From Felis catus (lineage: Eukaryota): a DNA stretch of 64,000 nucleotides. Position 1 is the first letter of the stretch. Each line of letters begins with the position of its first letter. Below, piece after piece: positions 12,901-23,796 of the stretch. Position numbers and translations under genes: made by a program. The notes under the pieces were generated by a model. It had not been told where the DNA came from. It saw nothing but the letters and a program-made list of their open reading frames with translations, and searched no databases. The stretch is from positions 13,766,001 through 13,830,000 of the forward strand of contig NC_058368.1 of NCBI RefSeq assembly GCF_018350175.1. Reading direction: 5' to 3'.

Positions 12901-14679
12901 TCATATAGAGTGGACTCTAAATCCTCAAGACACTTAGCATGGTATTTTAATAAAATATACTGAAATATTTGTAATACTATTGCTTTCAAATGTAACATAA
13001 TAAGATTTTTCGATCTCCTATAATCAGAAATCTGACTTTTCTTTCGGATTTCTATCTAACACTGTGGCCCAAAGGCAAATGGAGGGCAATCCCACCTGAA
13101 GGAAGCAGAGGCTATGATATAGGAAAGTCAGAGAGGAAGAGGAAAAGAAGCCCAAGTGGAGTGTGGAAAGGGGAAGAAAGAGATGGGGAAGGAGAAAAAC
13201 AGTCATATACATGTCAGAAGTTCCTCAACTTTCCTCCAGCCTGAGTCAGCAACCCAGAACGATCCCGAAAGGGAAAACCAAAAGCACGGAGATTATTTTT
13301 CCCATCTACATTTGTCACTTTAGAAAAGAAACTGCATCTTCAGATGCCCTCCCCACCCTTCAGGAGGCAGCCCCAATAGACTGCAGTGGTTGTACAGCAT
13401 AGTTAACCTTGAAGTGTGAGTTAATGCCCTTGAGCTGTGCTTGGCTTCCACATAGTGTGGAAAAGACTCAGATGTCCCTGCATACGTCTAGGTTACTGAG
13501 CAAAGCATTTGAGAATGAGACCAGGAAATTTCCTAGAGTTGTTATACCAAGAACAAATGACATCACCACCAGAGAGGTTGATGGGACTGTTCAACAGGGA
13601 GGGGCCGCTGAGTGAGGGAAGAGACCAACAGCAGATGCTCCAGGTGGACACAAGGGATAAACAACAGCAGATGCTCCAGGATAAACAAGGGACACCGTTA
13701 CAGCACAGGTGAGCAGGGACCCGGGGAGCAACACAAAAATTTAACAGGCAAAGCCACGGTAGAGACATCCACTCAGAGGGAAGAAATCTGAACATTTATC
13801 TACAAGCAATAGCCTTTTCAATCATTTATAGAAATGAATTAATAGCAAATATTTTTTTAAATCCATAATTAAAATAATTCATGCACCAGACACAGGGCCA
13901 CTACTCTATACACAACATCCAATGAAACACTGAGAAATCATTTATGGCAAGTTGAAGACTTTCTCTGCAACACTGTAGGGCTCATGATGATGATTCGATC
14001 TGTTTTAGGAAGTAAAGTGTTTAGGAACCAAATTACATTTTCTTTGCACATTTCAGTCATAGTGAGAGTAAATCTGCAGGCCAACTACAAAATGATTACA
14101 AAGACAGCCAATGCTGAGGGCATGAATTCTATAAATCAAAGGGACCACCTGGAGATTTCCCTTCTATCAACCAAGATCATTGGCCTCAGACAACTAAATT
14201 AAAGCCAAAACTGAATATGCTCTCACTGCTTACCTGCAGTGTGGTTTTGGCTTATAAAGCATTCATTTTTCAGTTGTACGGTCTTAACACTCTCAGAAAT
14301 GGGACTTTACCAGTGAGAATATTTTCCTTTAGCTCACATTCTAGATAGCCAACTCATGTGTACCACCAAATTTGACCATTGAGTAAACTTTTATTTTTTC
14401 CTGCCCAAGTGCTTTAATATAAAATAAAATGTTCAATTAAAGGGATTGTGATGCAATGCCACAGATTGAACTTCAAGATAAAACTTGCTGCGAATAGAGA
14501 GATAATATTTATCATCTAATCATGACTAAAGGAAAAATGTGTGTTTACTAAAACAGGTGGGAATTTTGCTATGAATTTATACAGGAAACGAAATTACTCT
14601 ACTCAAAATGTAACAGAGGGCCAAAAAGCAAACAAATCCGAAGAAATAAATTGTAGATATTTTTGTAAGTCCTAAGAGA

Positions 14680-15340
14680 CATCATTCACTCATTCATTCA
14701 TTCATTCAGCAAACATTTGCTGAGCCCCTACTATGTTCCAGGTACTTCCCTCGGTACTAGCAATGCATCAGTATAGATATAGAAAGCACCTTCCCAAATA
14801 TTAACTCCTCCCTCAAGGAGTTAATATTTTGATTGAGAAAACAATAAATAACTAGACAAGATACAGGTCAGAGAGTTGGAAGTACTATGAAGAAAAATCA
14901 AAATGAAACAAGGTAAGAGGAAGTAGGGAGGGGATAGGAATTTATATAGAGTGGTCAGGGAAGTCCTCTCTGATAAATTAATATCTGAGTAGGTATCTAA
15001 GTTAACTGAAGAAGAGATTCATGCAAATATCCAGAGGAAAAAGACCATTCCATGCAGACGAAATAGTACTACAAAAGCTCTGAAGTAGACATGACTTTGG
15101 TATGTATGAAGAATAGCTAATAGACCAGTAAGGTTTGACTAGAATAAATAAAGGGTGACAGAAGAAGAGGTCAGAAAGTCGGCAAGGGTCAGTCCATGTG
15201 AGACCTTATAGGACAAAGTCAGACATTGGGGTGTATTCAAAGTTCAATAGGAAGTCATCAGAAAGTTTTGAGCAGGAGAATCACTATTTGTAGCTCTGTT
15301 TAAAAAAGCAAATCACTCCAAATGCTGTGTAGAAAAGAGA
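14680..15340 (-). mobile_element. L2 3' fragment
   Basis: (cattcatt)n end followed by ctactatgttccagg..gtggtcagggaagtcctctctga. Confidence 0.75.
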
Positions 15341-16640
15341 CTAAATGAATTGGATTATTACGTAACTATACACAAAAATCAATTACAGATGCACTGAAAT
15401 CCTAAATGTGAAAGATGAACTTTAACTCTTTTAGAATAAATTATGAGAATATAATTATGATCTTAAGATACAGTAAAATTTCTGAAACTAAGCACATCAA
15501 AAGAAAGAAGCAGGACAGAGGGAGACAGACAGAAGGAAAGAGGTGTGTGTGGAGGGGGTGGGAGTGTCTGGGCAGGGGGAGTGAGAGAGAGAGAGAACCA
15601 TAAAGGAAAAGATTGAAATGCTTGTCTACTTTAAAGTTTTAAACTTCTATTATCCAAGAGATTCCATAAACAAAGTGAAAAGAAATGTCACAGCCTGGAA
15701 CAATACATTTGCAATGAATATAACTAATAATATACTGAATATATTAAGAATATCAATGTAATAAGAAAACCAACATAGTAAAAAAAAAATGGAGAAAAGC
15801 TTTAAATAGGTATTTCAAAGAAGACGACACCCAAAAAGCCAGTAAACATATAATGAAATACTCTCCCTCATTAGTAATCAGGGAAATGCATATTAAAACC
15901 ATACTAAGATAACTTTTCACCCATCATATTAGCAAAAACCAAAAATCTGACATTATCAAGAGATGAGAAGAATGTAGTGAAAATTTGGAACCACCACTTT
16001 AGAGAGAATTTGACAATATGTTGTCAAGTTAAAGATGTGCATACACTATGACTCAGCATTTAACTCCTGTATATCCCAAAGAAACTCTTACAGGAATGTA
16101 CAATGGAGACACACAAAATAGTGTTCACTGCAACTTACAACAACAAAAAGTTGGAAAAACACAGTTGTGCATTAACAGGAGAATGGATGATTGAATTATA
16201 GTATACTTATATAGGGTATTAATATAGCAGTAAAAATTAACTGTGAGTGACATATGTCAACATAGATAAATTCTAAGCAAATATCACTGTGCAAAAAGGG
16301 CAAGTTACAAAAAACAATGCATAAAGTTTAAAAACATAAAGGAGCACCGGGGTGGCTCAGTTGGTTAAGCGTCTGACTTCGGTCAGATCTCCAGTTCATG
16401 AGTTTGAGCACCGCGTCAGATTTTGTGCTGACAACTCAGAGCCTGGAGCCTGCTTCGGATTCTGGGTCTCCCTCTCCCTCTCCTCTCCTCCACTCACACT
16501 TTCTCTCTCTCACTCTCTCCCTCTCTCTCTCAAAAACAAATAAACATTAAAAATTTTGAAAAAATATAAAAAGTATACGAATATATAATATAAAATATAA
16601 AAGACAGACAGACATAAACAATAATGAATACTAAAATCAG
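15340..16640 (+). mobile_element. Ancient L1M ORF2 3' / 3'UTR relic (continues ~24330-24480)
   Basis: Degenerate L1 text (tacacaaaaatcaatt.., cattagtaatcagggaaatgca..). Contains a SINE and an LTR. Confidence 0.75.
16341..16560 (+). mobile_element. Can-SINE
   Basis: tRNA head, (CT)n, A tail. Confidence 0.92.
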
Positions 16641-16649
16641 GGCAGTGTC

Positions 16650-16893
16650 TGTATTTACTTTGGTTCTCACCCACCCACCGTCTCCCCACCCACCCAAGAG
16701 GTAGACGTCAAATAGGGATTATATGGCAAGAAATGCTTTAGGGGAAATGGCTGTGAAGGATAAAGGGGAAGGAACAGGAGTAGGCAGGAAAACTTCACAC
16801 ACGAGGCAGGGTTGACCTCCGTAAAAGGAGACAGGGAAGGACTGGGTGGGAAGAGCTCAGACTGCAGTAGCATTTAAGAAAGTTGTGGCCAGG
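16650..16893. mobile_element. Left part of an old ERVL-type (LTR16-like) solo LTR split by the full-length L1; right part at 24109-24320
   Basis: Removing the L1 restores ..ctcagactgcagtagcatttaagaaagttgtggccaggccaatggggagccc.., which resembles old ERVL LTR sequence. Family name from memory. Confidence 0.55.
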
Positions 16894-18971
16894 AGCCAAG
16901 ATGGCAGAACAGCATGGAAGTTTTTTGTGTGTCTCGTGTCCATGAGATACAGCCAGACCAACACTAAACCATCCTACACACCTAGAAAACTGATTGGAGG
17001 ATTAACACATCAATCTGCACAACCTGAACCACAGAATTCAGCAGGTACGTGGTGCGGAGAGGTGAACTTGGGGAGAGAGAAGCCGCGGCAGGCAGGAAGC
17101 CGCCTTTGCAGGCAGAGAGAGGACGGAGACTGGGGCAGGGAAGAATACGGGAAAAGCACCCCTCCCCAAAAGCAGCTGGAGAGAAAGTGGAAAATTGGAA
17201 ACAGCCGCAGGGACTAAACCAAAAAGGGAGAAAGGAGAAAGGAGAGGGTTTAAATTCCATTAAGACTGTAAACCAGGGGAGCGCAAAGGCTGCAACTCCG
17301 CAGCTCATACCTGGAGGTGCTCTGGTGGGAAGGGCGAATCCCCAGGAACAGAGTGGGGTCCGGGAGGTTCTTAGGCCACACTGGGAAAAGCAGTTCCATT
17401 GCTGGAAGGCAGAGATTGTTGAGGCCCCCTGGTCGCAGCAGACCCCAGAAGGTGGCCACATTCACTGATGCTGGAACAAGGCCGTTGAGGGTAAAGCCTG
17501 GTGCCCATAATCCCTGAAACGCTGCTGCTACACTGTCTCGTGAACTTTTGCTGGGGCGGGCTGGCACCTGGCCGCAGTTTCGGGGCACCGGCAGCAGCAG
17601 GTTCCAGCAGGCGTTCGTGGGTACATTCGGCCATTGCTTGGTGAGCCCTCCTGCAGAGGGGCTGGAACAGGTCAAAGCCTCAGTCCTTCAGAAGTAAGGG
17701 GCAGGGGAAAACAGCCACATCTGAGACAAAACTCGGCAGAGAGGTATTGCCTGGGGCTTGGTCACGGACAGTGAGGAAACAGGGAGTGGATGAAAGCTGA
17801 AGACAGAGGACGGGTGCACCATTGCTGATCCGGGAGAACAGACTGTGTAGATGGGTGAAGCCATTTTTACCACTCCCACGCATGCGCATACGCACACGCA
17901 CCTACTAGCTCCGCAACAATCCATGCCAGTAGGCTAGCAGCGTCCTCTAGTGGAGAAAGGAGCCGTTACACTGAGCCCCGCCCAACTGGGCCAACCTCCC
18001 TCTTCAAGAACACAAGTCTCACCGCCTACTTAATTTATGGACTATAAAGCGCTACACAGTCTGACTTCTAAGGGAAAACGAAGTAATTTCAGTCACATTT
18101 CAATTTGCTAGCAGGTCCAGCTATTCAATTTCCTTTCTTTTTTTTTCCTTTTACACTATTTTTTTTCTTGAATACAGAAAGAAAAATTCATCTTTATTTT
18201 CAATTTTTATTAAAAATATTTTTCTTTAATTTTTTACTATACTTTTTATTTTTGTTTAAATTTTTTCAAATTCTCACTTCTATCATTCTATTTTATCATT
18301 CTATCTCACTTCTATCATTCTATTTCTTCAGTGTATTCACCTTTTCAAATTTTCAAATAATTTCCTTGTTTTCTTTTTTCTTTTTTGTTTCTTTTCTTTT
18401 TCTTGAACACAGAAAGTGAAAAACTTCATTTTTAGTTTCAATTTCTACTAAAAATATTTTTCTTTAATTTTTTTACTATATTTCTTGCTTTTATGTAATT
18501 TTTTTCAAATTCTAGTTTACTTCCATCATTTTATTTTAGTCTACTAGAGTGTATTCACTTTTTCAAATTTTCCAACGACTAATTTTTTTCTTTTTTCTCT
18601 TTTTTGTTTCTTTTCTTTTTCTTGAATAGAGAAAGAGAAAAAAATTCATTTTTATTTTTAATTTTTATTAAAAATGTCTTTATTTTTTTTCCTACTATAT
18701 CTTTACTTTTGTGTAAATTTTTTCAAACTCTATTTTACTCCCATCATCTCATTTTAGTCTACTTCAGTGTATTCACTTTTTCAAATTTTCAAATGATTTC
18801 CTCCCCCCCTTTTTTTTCTAATCTGTCAAACCACTTTCAACACCAAGACCAAAACACACCTAGGATCTAGCATCATTTATTAGATTTTGTGTGTGTGTGT
18901 TTAATTTTTTAATTTTAATATTGTTTTAATTTCAATTTTTCTATCTCATGAATTCCTTTTCTCCCTTCAAA
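16894..18971 (+). promoter_or_regulatory. L1 5'UTR / internal Pol II promoter
   Basis: YY1 core CAAGATGGC at 16897-16905, as at the 5' end of mammalian L1s. GC/CpG-rich over 16900-18050, then T-rich up to the ORF1 ATG at 18972. Confidence 0.85.
18130..18805 (+). repeat. Three diverged tandem ~220-235 bp T-rich monomers in the L1 5'UTR
   Basis: Motif ttcttgaaYaSagaaag..aaaattcat..ttcaaattct..gtgtattcacYttttcaaatttt recurs starting near 18165, 18400 and 18620. Confidence 0.85.
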
Positions 18972-19867
18972 ATGACAAAACGAAGGAATTCACCCCAAAA
19001 GAAATAGCACAAAGAAACGACAGCCAGGGGTTTAACCAACACAGACACAAGCAAAATGTCTGAACCAGAATTTAGAATCACGATAATAAGAATACTAGTA
19101 TTCTAGCTGGAGTTGAAAATAGATTAGAATTCCTTTCTGCAGAGATAAAAGAGGTAAAAAATAGTCAGAATGAAATTAAAAATGCTACAACGGAGCTGCA
19201 ATCACGGATGGATGCAGCAGCAGCAAGGATGGGTGAGGCAGAACAGAGAATCAGTGATATAAAGGACAAACTTATAGAGAATAATGAAGCAGAAAAAAGA
19301 GGGAGATGAAGGCAAGAGACCACGATTTAAGAATTAGAGGAATCACTGACTCGTTAAAAAGGAACAACATCAGAATCATAGGGGTCCCAGAAGAGGAAGA
19401 GAGAGAAATAAGGGTAGAAAGGTTATGTGAGCAAATCATAGCAGAAAACTTTCCTAACCTGGGGAAAGACACAGACATCCAAAATCCAGGAATTTTGGAC
19501 CCCCCATAGAGAACCCCCATTAGATTCAACAAAAACCAACCATCAACAAGGCATATCATAGTCAAATTCACAAAATACTCAAGCAAGGAGAGAATCATGA
19601 AAGCAGCAAGGGAAAAAAGTCCCTAAACTACAAGGTAAGACAGATCAGGTTTGCAGTAGACCTATCCACAGAAACTTGGAAGGCCAGAAAGGAGTGGCAG
19701 GATATATTTAATGTGCTGAATCAGAAAAATATGCAGCCAAGAGTTCTTTATCCAGCAAGGCTGTAATTCAAAATAGCAGGGAAGATAAAAAGTTTCACAG
19801 ACAAAAATTAAAGGAGTTTGTGACCACTAAACCTGCCCTGCAAGAAATTTTAAGGGGGAATCTCTGA
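18972..19867 (+). pseudogene. L1 ORF1p (RNA-binding/chaperone), disrupted
   Basis: MTKRRNSPQKK* (TAG at 19005-19007), then KRNNIRIIGVPEEEE..IIAENFPNLGK (ORF 19306-19509) and the RHIIVKF and YPARL motifs. Frameshifts and stops present. Confidence 0.9.
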
Positions 19868-19980
19868 GGGGAGAAAAAATGAAAAAAATGAAAAAAAATA
19901 TATATATATAAAACAAAAACAACAAAGATTAGAAAGGACCAGAGAACACCACCAGAAACTCCAACTCTACAAGCATCATA

Positions 19981-22900
19981 ATGGCAATAAATTCATATCT
20001 TTCAGTACTCACTCTAAACATTAATGGACTCAATGCTCCAATCAAAAGACATAGGGTAACAGAATGGATAAGAAAACAAGATCCATCTATATGGTGTTTA
20101 ACAAGAGACCCACTTTAGACCTGACCACCTTCAGATTGAAAATAAACGCATGGAGAACCATTTATCATGCTAATGGTCAACAAAAGAAAGCTGGAGTAGC
20201 CATACTTATATCAGATGATCTAGACTTTAAAATAAAGACTGTATCAAGAGATGCAGAAGGGCATTATATCATAATCAAGGGGTCTATCCACCAAAAAAAA
20301 CCTAACAATTGTAAACATTTATGCACCAAATGTGGAGGACCCAAATATATAAATCAATTAATCAGAAACATAAGAAAGTCATCAATAGTAATACCATAAT
20401 AGTAGGAGACTTCAAAACCCCACTCACAGCAATGCACAGATCATCTAATCAAAAAATCAACAAGAAAACAATGGCTTTGAATGACACACTGGACCAGTTG
20501 GACTTAACAGATATATTCAGAACATTTCATCCTAAAGCAGCAGAATATACATTCTTCTCCAGTGCACATGGAATGTTCTCCAGAATAAACCATATACTGG
20601 GACACAAATCAGCCCTAAGTAAGTACAAAAAGATCGAGATCATACTGTGCATATTTTCAGACCACAACGCTATGAAACTCGAAATCAACCACAAGAAAAA
20701 ATTTGGAAAGGTAACAAATACTTGGAGACTGAAGTACATCCTACTAAAGAATAAATGGGCTAACCAAGAAGTTAAAGAGGAAATTAAAAAGTATATGGAA
20801 GTCAATGAAAATGATAACACCACAACCCAAAACCTCTGGGACATAGCAAAGGCAGTCATAAGAGGAAAGTATATAGCAATCCAGGCCTTCCGAAAGAAGG
20901 AAGAAAGATCTCAGATACACAAACTAACCTTACGCCTTAAGGAGCTGGAAAAAGAATAGCAAATAAAACCCAAAACCAGCAGAAGACAGGAAATAGTAAA
21001 GATTAGAGCAGAAATTAATGCTATTGAAACAAACAAACAAACAAACAAACAAAAAACAGTAGAACAGATCAATGAAACCAGAAGCTGGTTCTTTGAAAGA
21101 ATTAACAAAATTGGTAAACCACTAGCCAGTTTGATCAAAAAGAAAAAGGAAAGGACCCAAATACACAAAATCAAGAATGAAAGAGGAGAGATCACAACCA
21201 ACACAGCAGAAATAAAAACAATAATAAGAGAATATTATGAGCAATTATATGCCAATAAAATGGGCAATCTGGAAGAAATGGATAAATTCCTACAAACATA
21301 TACACTACCAAAACTGAAACAGGAAGAAATAGAAAATTTGAACAGACCAATAACCAGTAAGGAAATCGAATTAGTAATCAAAAATCTGCCAAAAAACAAG
21401 AGTGCAGGGCCAGATGGCTTTCCAGAGGAATTCTACCAAACATTTAAGGACGAGTTAACACCTATTCTCTTGAAGCTGTTCCAAAAAATAGAAATGGAGG
21501 GAAAACTTCCAAACTCTTTCAATGAAGCCAGCATTACCTTGATTCCAAAACCAGATAGAGACCCCACTAAAAAGAAGAACTATAGTCTAATTTCCCTGAT
21601 GAACATGGATGCAAAAATCCTCAACAAGATATTAGCCAACCGGATCCAACAATACATTAAAAAAAATTATTCACCACGACCAAGCGGGATTTATACCTGG
21701 GATGCAGGGCTGGTTCAATATCTGCAAAACAATTAACGTGATTCATCACATCAATAAAAGAAAGGACAAGAATCGTATGATCCTCTCAATATATGCAGAG
21801 AAAGCATTTGACAAAATACAGCATCCTTTCTTGATAAAAAGCCTCAAGAAAGTAGGAATAGAAGGAGCATACCTCGAGATCATAAAAGCCATTTATGAAT
21901 GCCCCAATGCTAATATCATCCTCAATGGAGAAAAACAGAGCTTTCCCCCTAAGGTCAGGAATAAGACAGGGATGTCCACTCTCGCCACTGTTATTCAACA
22001 TAGTATTGGAAGTCTTAACCTCAGCAATCAGACAACACAAAGAAATAAAAGGCATCCAAATTGGCCAGGAGGAGGTCAAACTTTCACTCTTTGCAGATGA
22101 CATGATACTCTAAATGGAAAACCCAAAAGATTCCACGAAAAAACTGCTAGAATTGATTCATGAATTCAGCAAAGTTGCAGGATATAAAATCAACACACAG
22201 AAATCGGTTGCATTCTTATACACCAACAATGAAGCAACAGAAAGAGAAATCAAGGAATTGATCTCATTAACATTGCACCAAAACCCATAAAATACCAGGA
22301 ATAAATCTAACCAAAGAGGTGAAAAATGTATACCCTGAAAACTGTAGAAAGCTTGTGAAAAAAATTGAAGAAGACACAAAAAAATGGAAAAAGATTCCAT
22401 GCTCCTGGATAGGAAGAACAAATATTATTAAAATGTCAATATTACCCAAAGCAATCTACATATTCAATGCAATCCCTATCAAAATAACACCAGCATTCTT
22501 CACAGAGCTAGAACAAATAATCCTAAAATTTATATGGAACCAGAAAAAGACCCCAAATAGCCAAAGCAATCTTGAAAAAGAAAACCAAAGCAGGAGGCAT
22601 CACAATCCTGGACTTCAAGCTATGCTACAAAGTTGTAATCATCAAGACAGTACGGTACTGACACTCAGATCAATGGAACAGAATAGAGAACTCAGAAATG
22701 GACCCACAAACGTATGGCCAACTAATCTTCAACAAAGCAGGAAAGAATATCCAATGGAATAAAGACAGTCTCTTCAGCAAGTGGTGCTGGGAAAACTGGA
22801 CAACGACATGGAGAAGAATAAACCTGGACCACTTTCTTACACCATACACAAAAATAAACTCAAAATGGATGAAAGACCTAAATATAAGACAGGAAGCCAC

Positions 22901-23796
22901 CAAAATCCTCGAGGAGAAAGCAGGCAAAAACCTCTTTGATCTTCACCACAGCAAATTCTTACTCACCATGTCTCTGGAGGCAAGGGAAAAAAAAGCAAAA
23001 ATGAACTACTGGGACATCATTAAATAAAAAGATTCTGCACAGCGAAGGAAACAATCAGCAAAACTAAAAGGCAACCGACAGAATGGGGGAAGATATTTGC
23101 AAATGACATATCAGATAAAGGGTTAGTATCCAAAATCTACAAAGAACTTATCAAACTGAACACCCAAAAAACAAATAATCCAGTAAAGAAATGGGCAAAA
23201 GACATGAATAGACACTTCTCCAGAGAAGACATCCAGATGGCCAACCAACACATGAAAAAATGCTCAACATCAGTCAGCATCAGGGATATACAAATCAAAA
23301 CCACAATGAGACACCACCTTACACCTGTCAGAATGGCTAACATTAACAACTCAGACAACAACAGATGTTGATGAAGATGCAGAGAAAGAGGATCTCTTTT
23401 GCATTGTTGGTGGGAATGCAAGCTGGTGCAGCCACTCTGGAAAACAGTATGGAGGTTTCTCAAAAAACTAAAATAGAACTACCCTACGACCCAGCAATTG
23501 CACTACTAGGTATTTATCCAAGGGATACAGGTGTGCTGTTAAGAAGGGACACATGCACCCCCATGTTTATAGCAACACTATCAACAATAGTCAAAGTATG
23601 GAAAGAGCCCCAATGTCCATCAATGGATGAATGGATAAAGAAGATGTGGTATACATATAGAATGGAGTATTACTTGGCAATAAAAAAGAATGGAATCTTG
23701 CCATTTGCAACTATGTGGATGGAACTGGAGTGTATTATGCTAAGTGAAAGTAGTCAGTCAGAGAAAGACAAAAATCATATGACTTCACTCATATGA
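19981..23796 (+). pseudogene. L1 ORF2p (APE endonuclease, reverse transcriptase, Cys-rich domain), disrupted
   Basis: MAINSYLSVLTLNINGLNAPIKRHRV start; IIVGDF and SDHN (EN); GPDGF, QGCPLSP and LFADDMIL (RT, followed directly by TAA at 22111-22113); ends DKNHMTSLI*. Split over ORFs 20064-23796 by stops (e.g. 20957) and frameshifts. Confidence 0.95.

Noticed and set aside
14225..14345. Minus-strand donor cag|gtaagc
   Set aside because: No convincing acceptor, and stops in all frames upstream.
20064..23796. Active reverse transcriptase gene
   Set aside because: L1 ORF2 with multiple stops and frameshifts, including TAA right after LFADDMIL.
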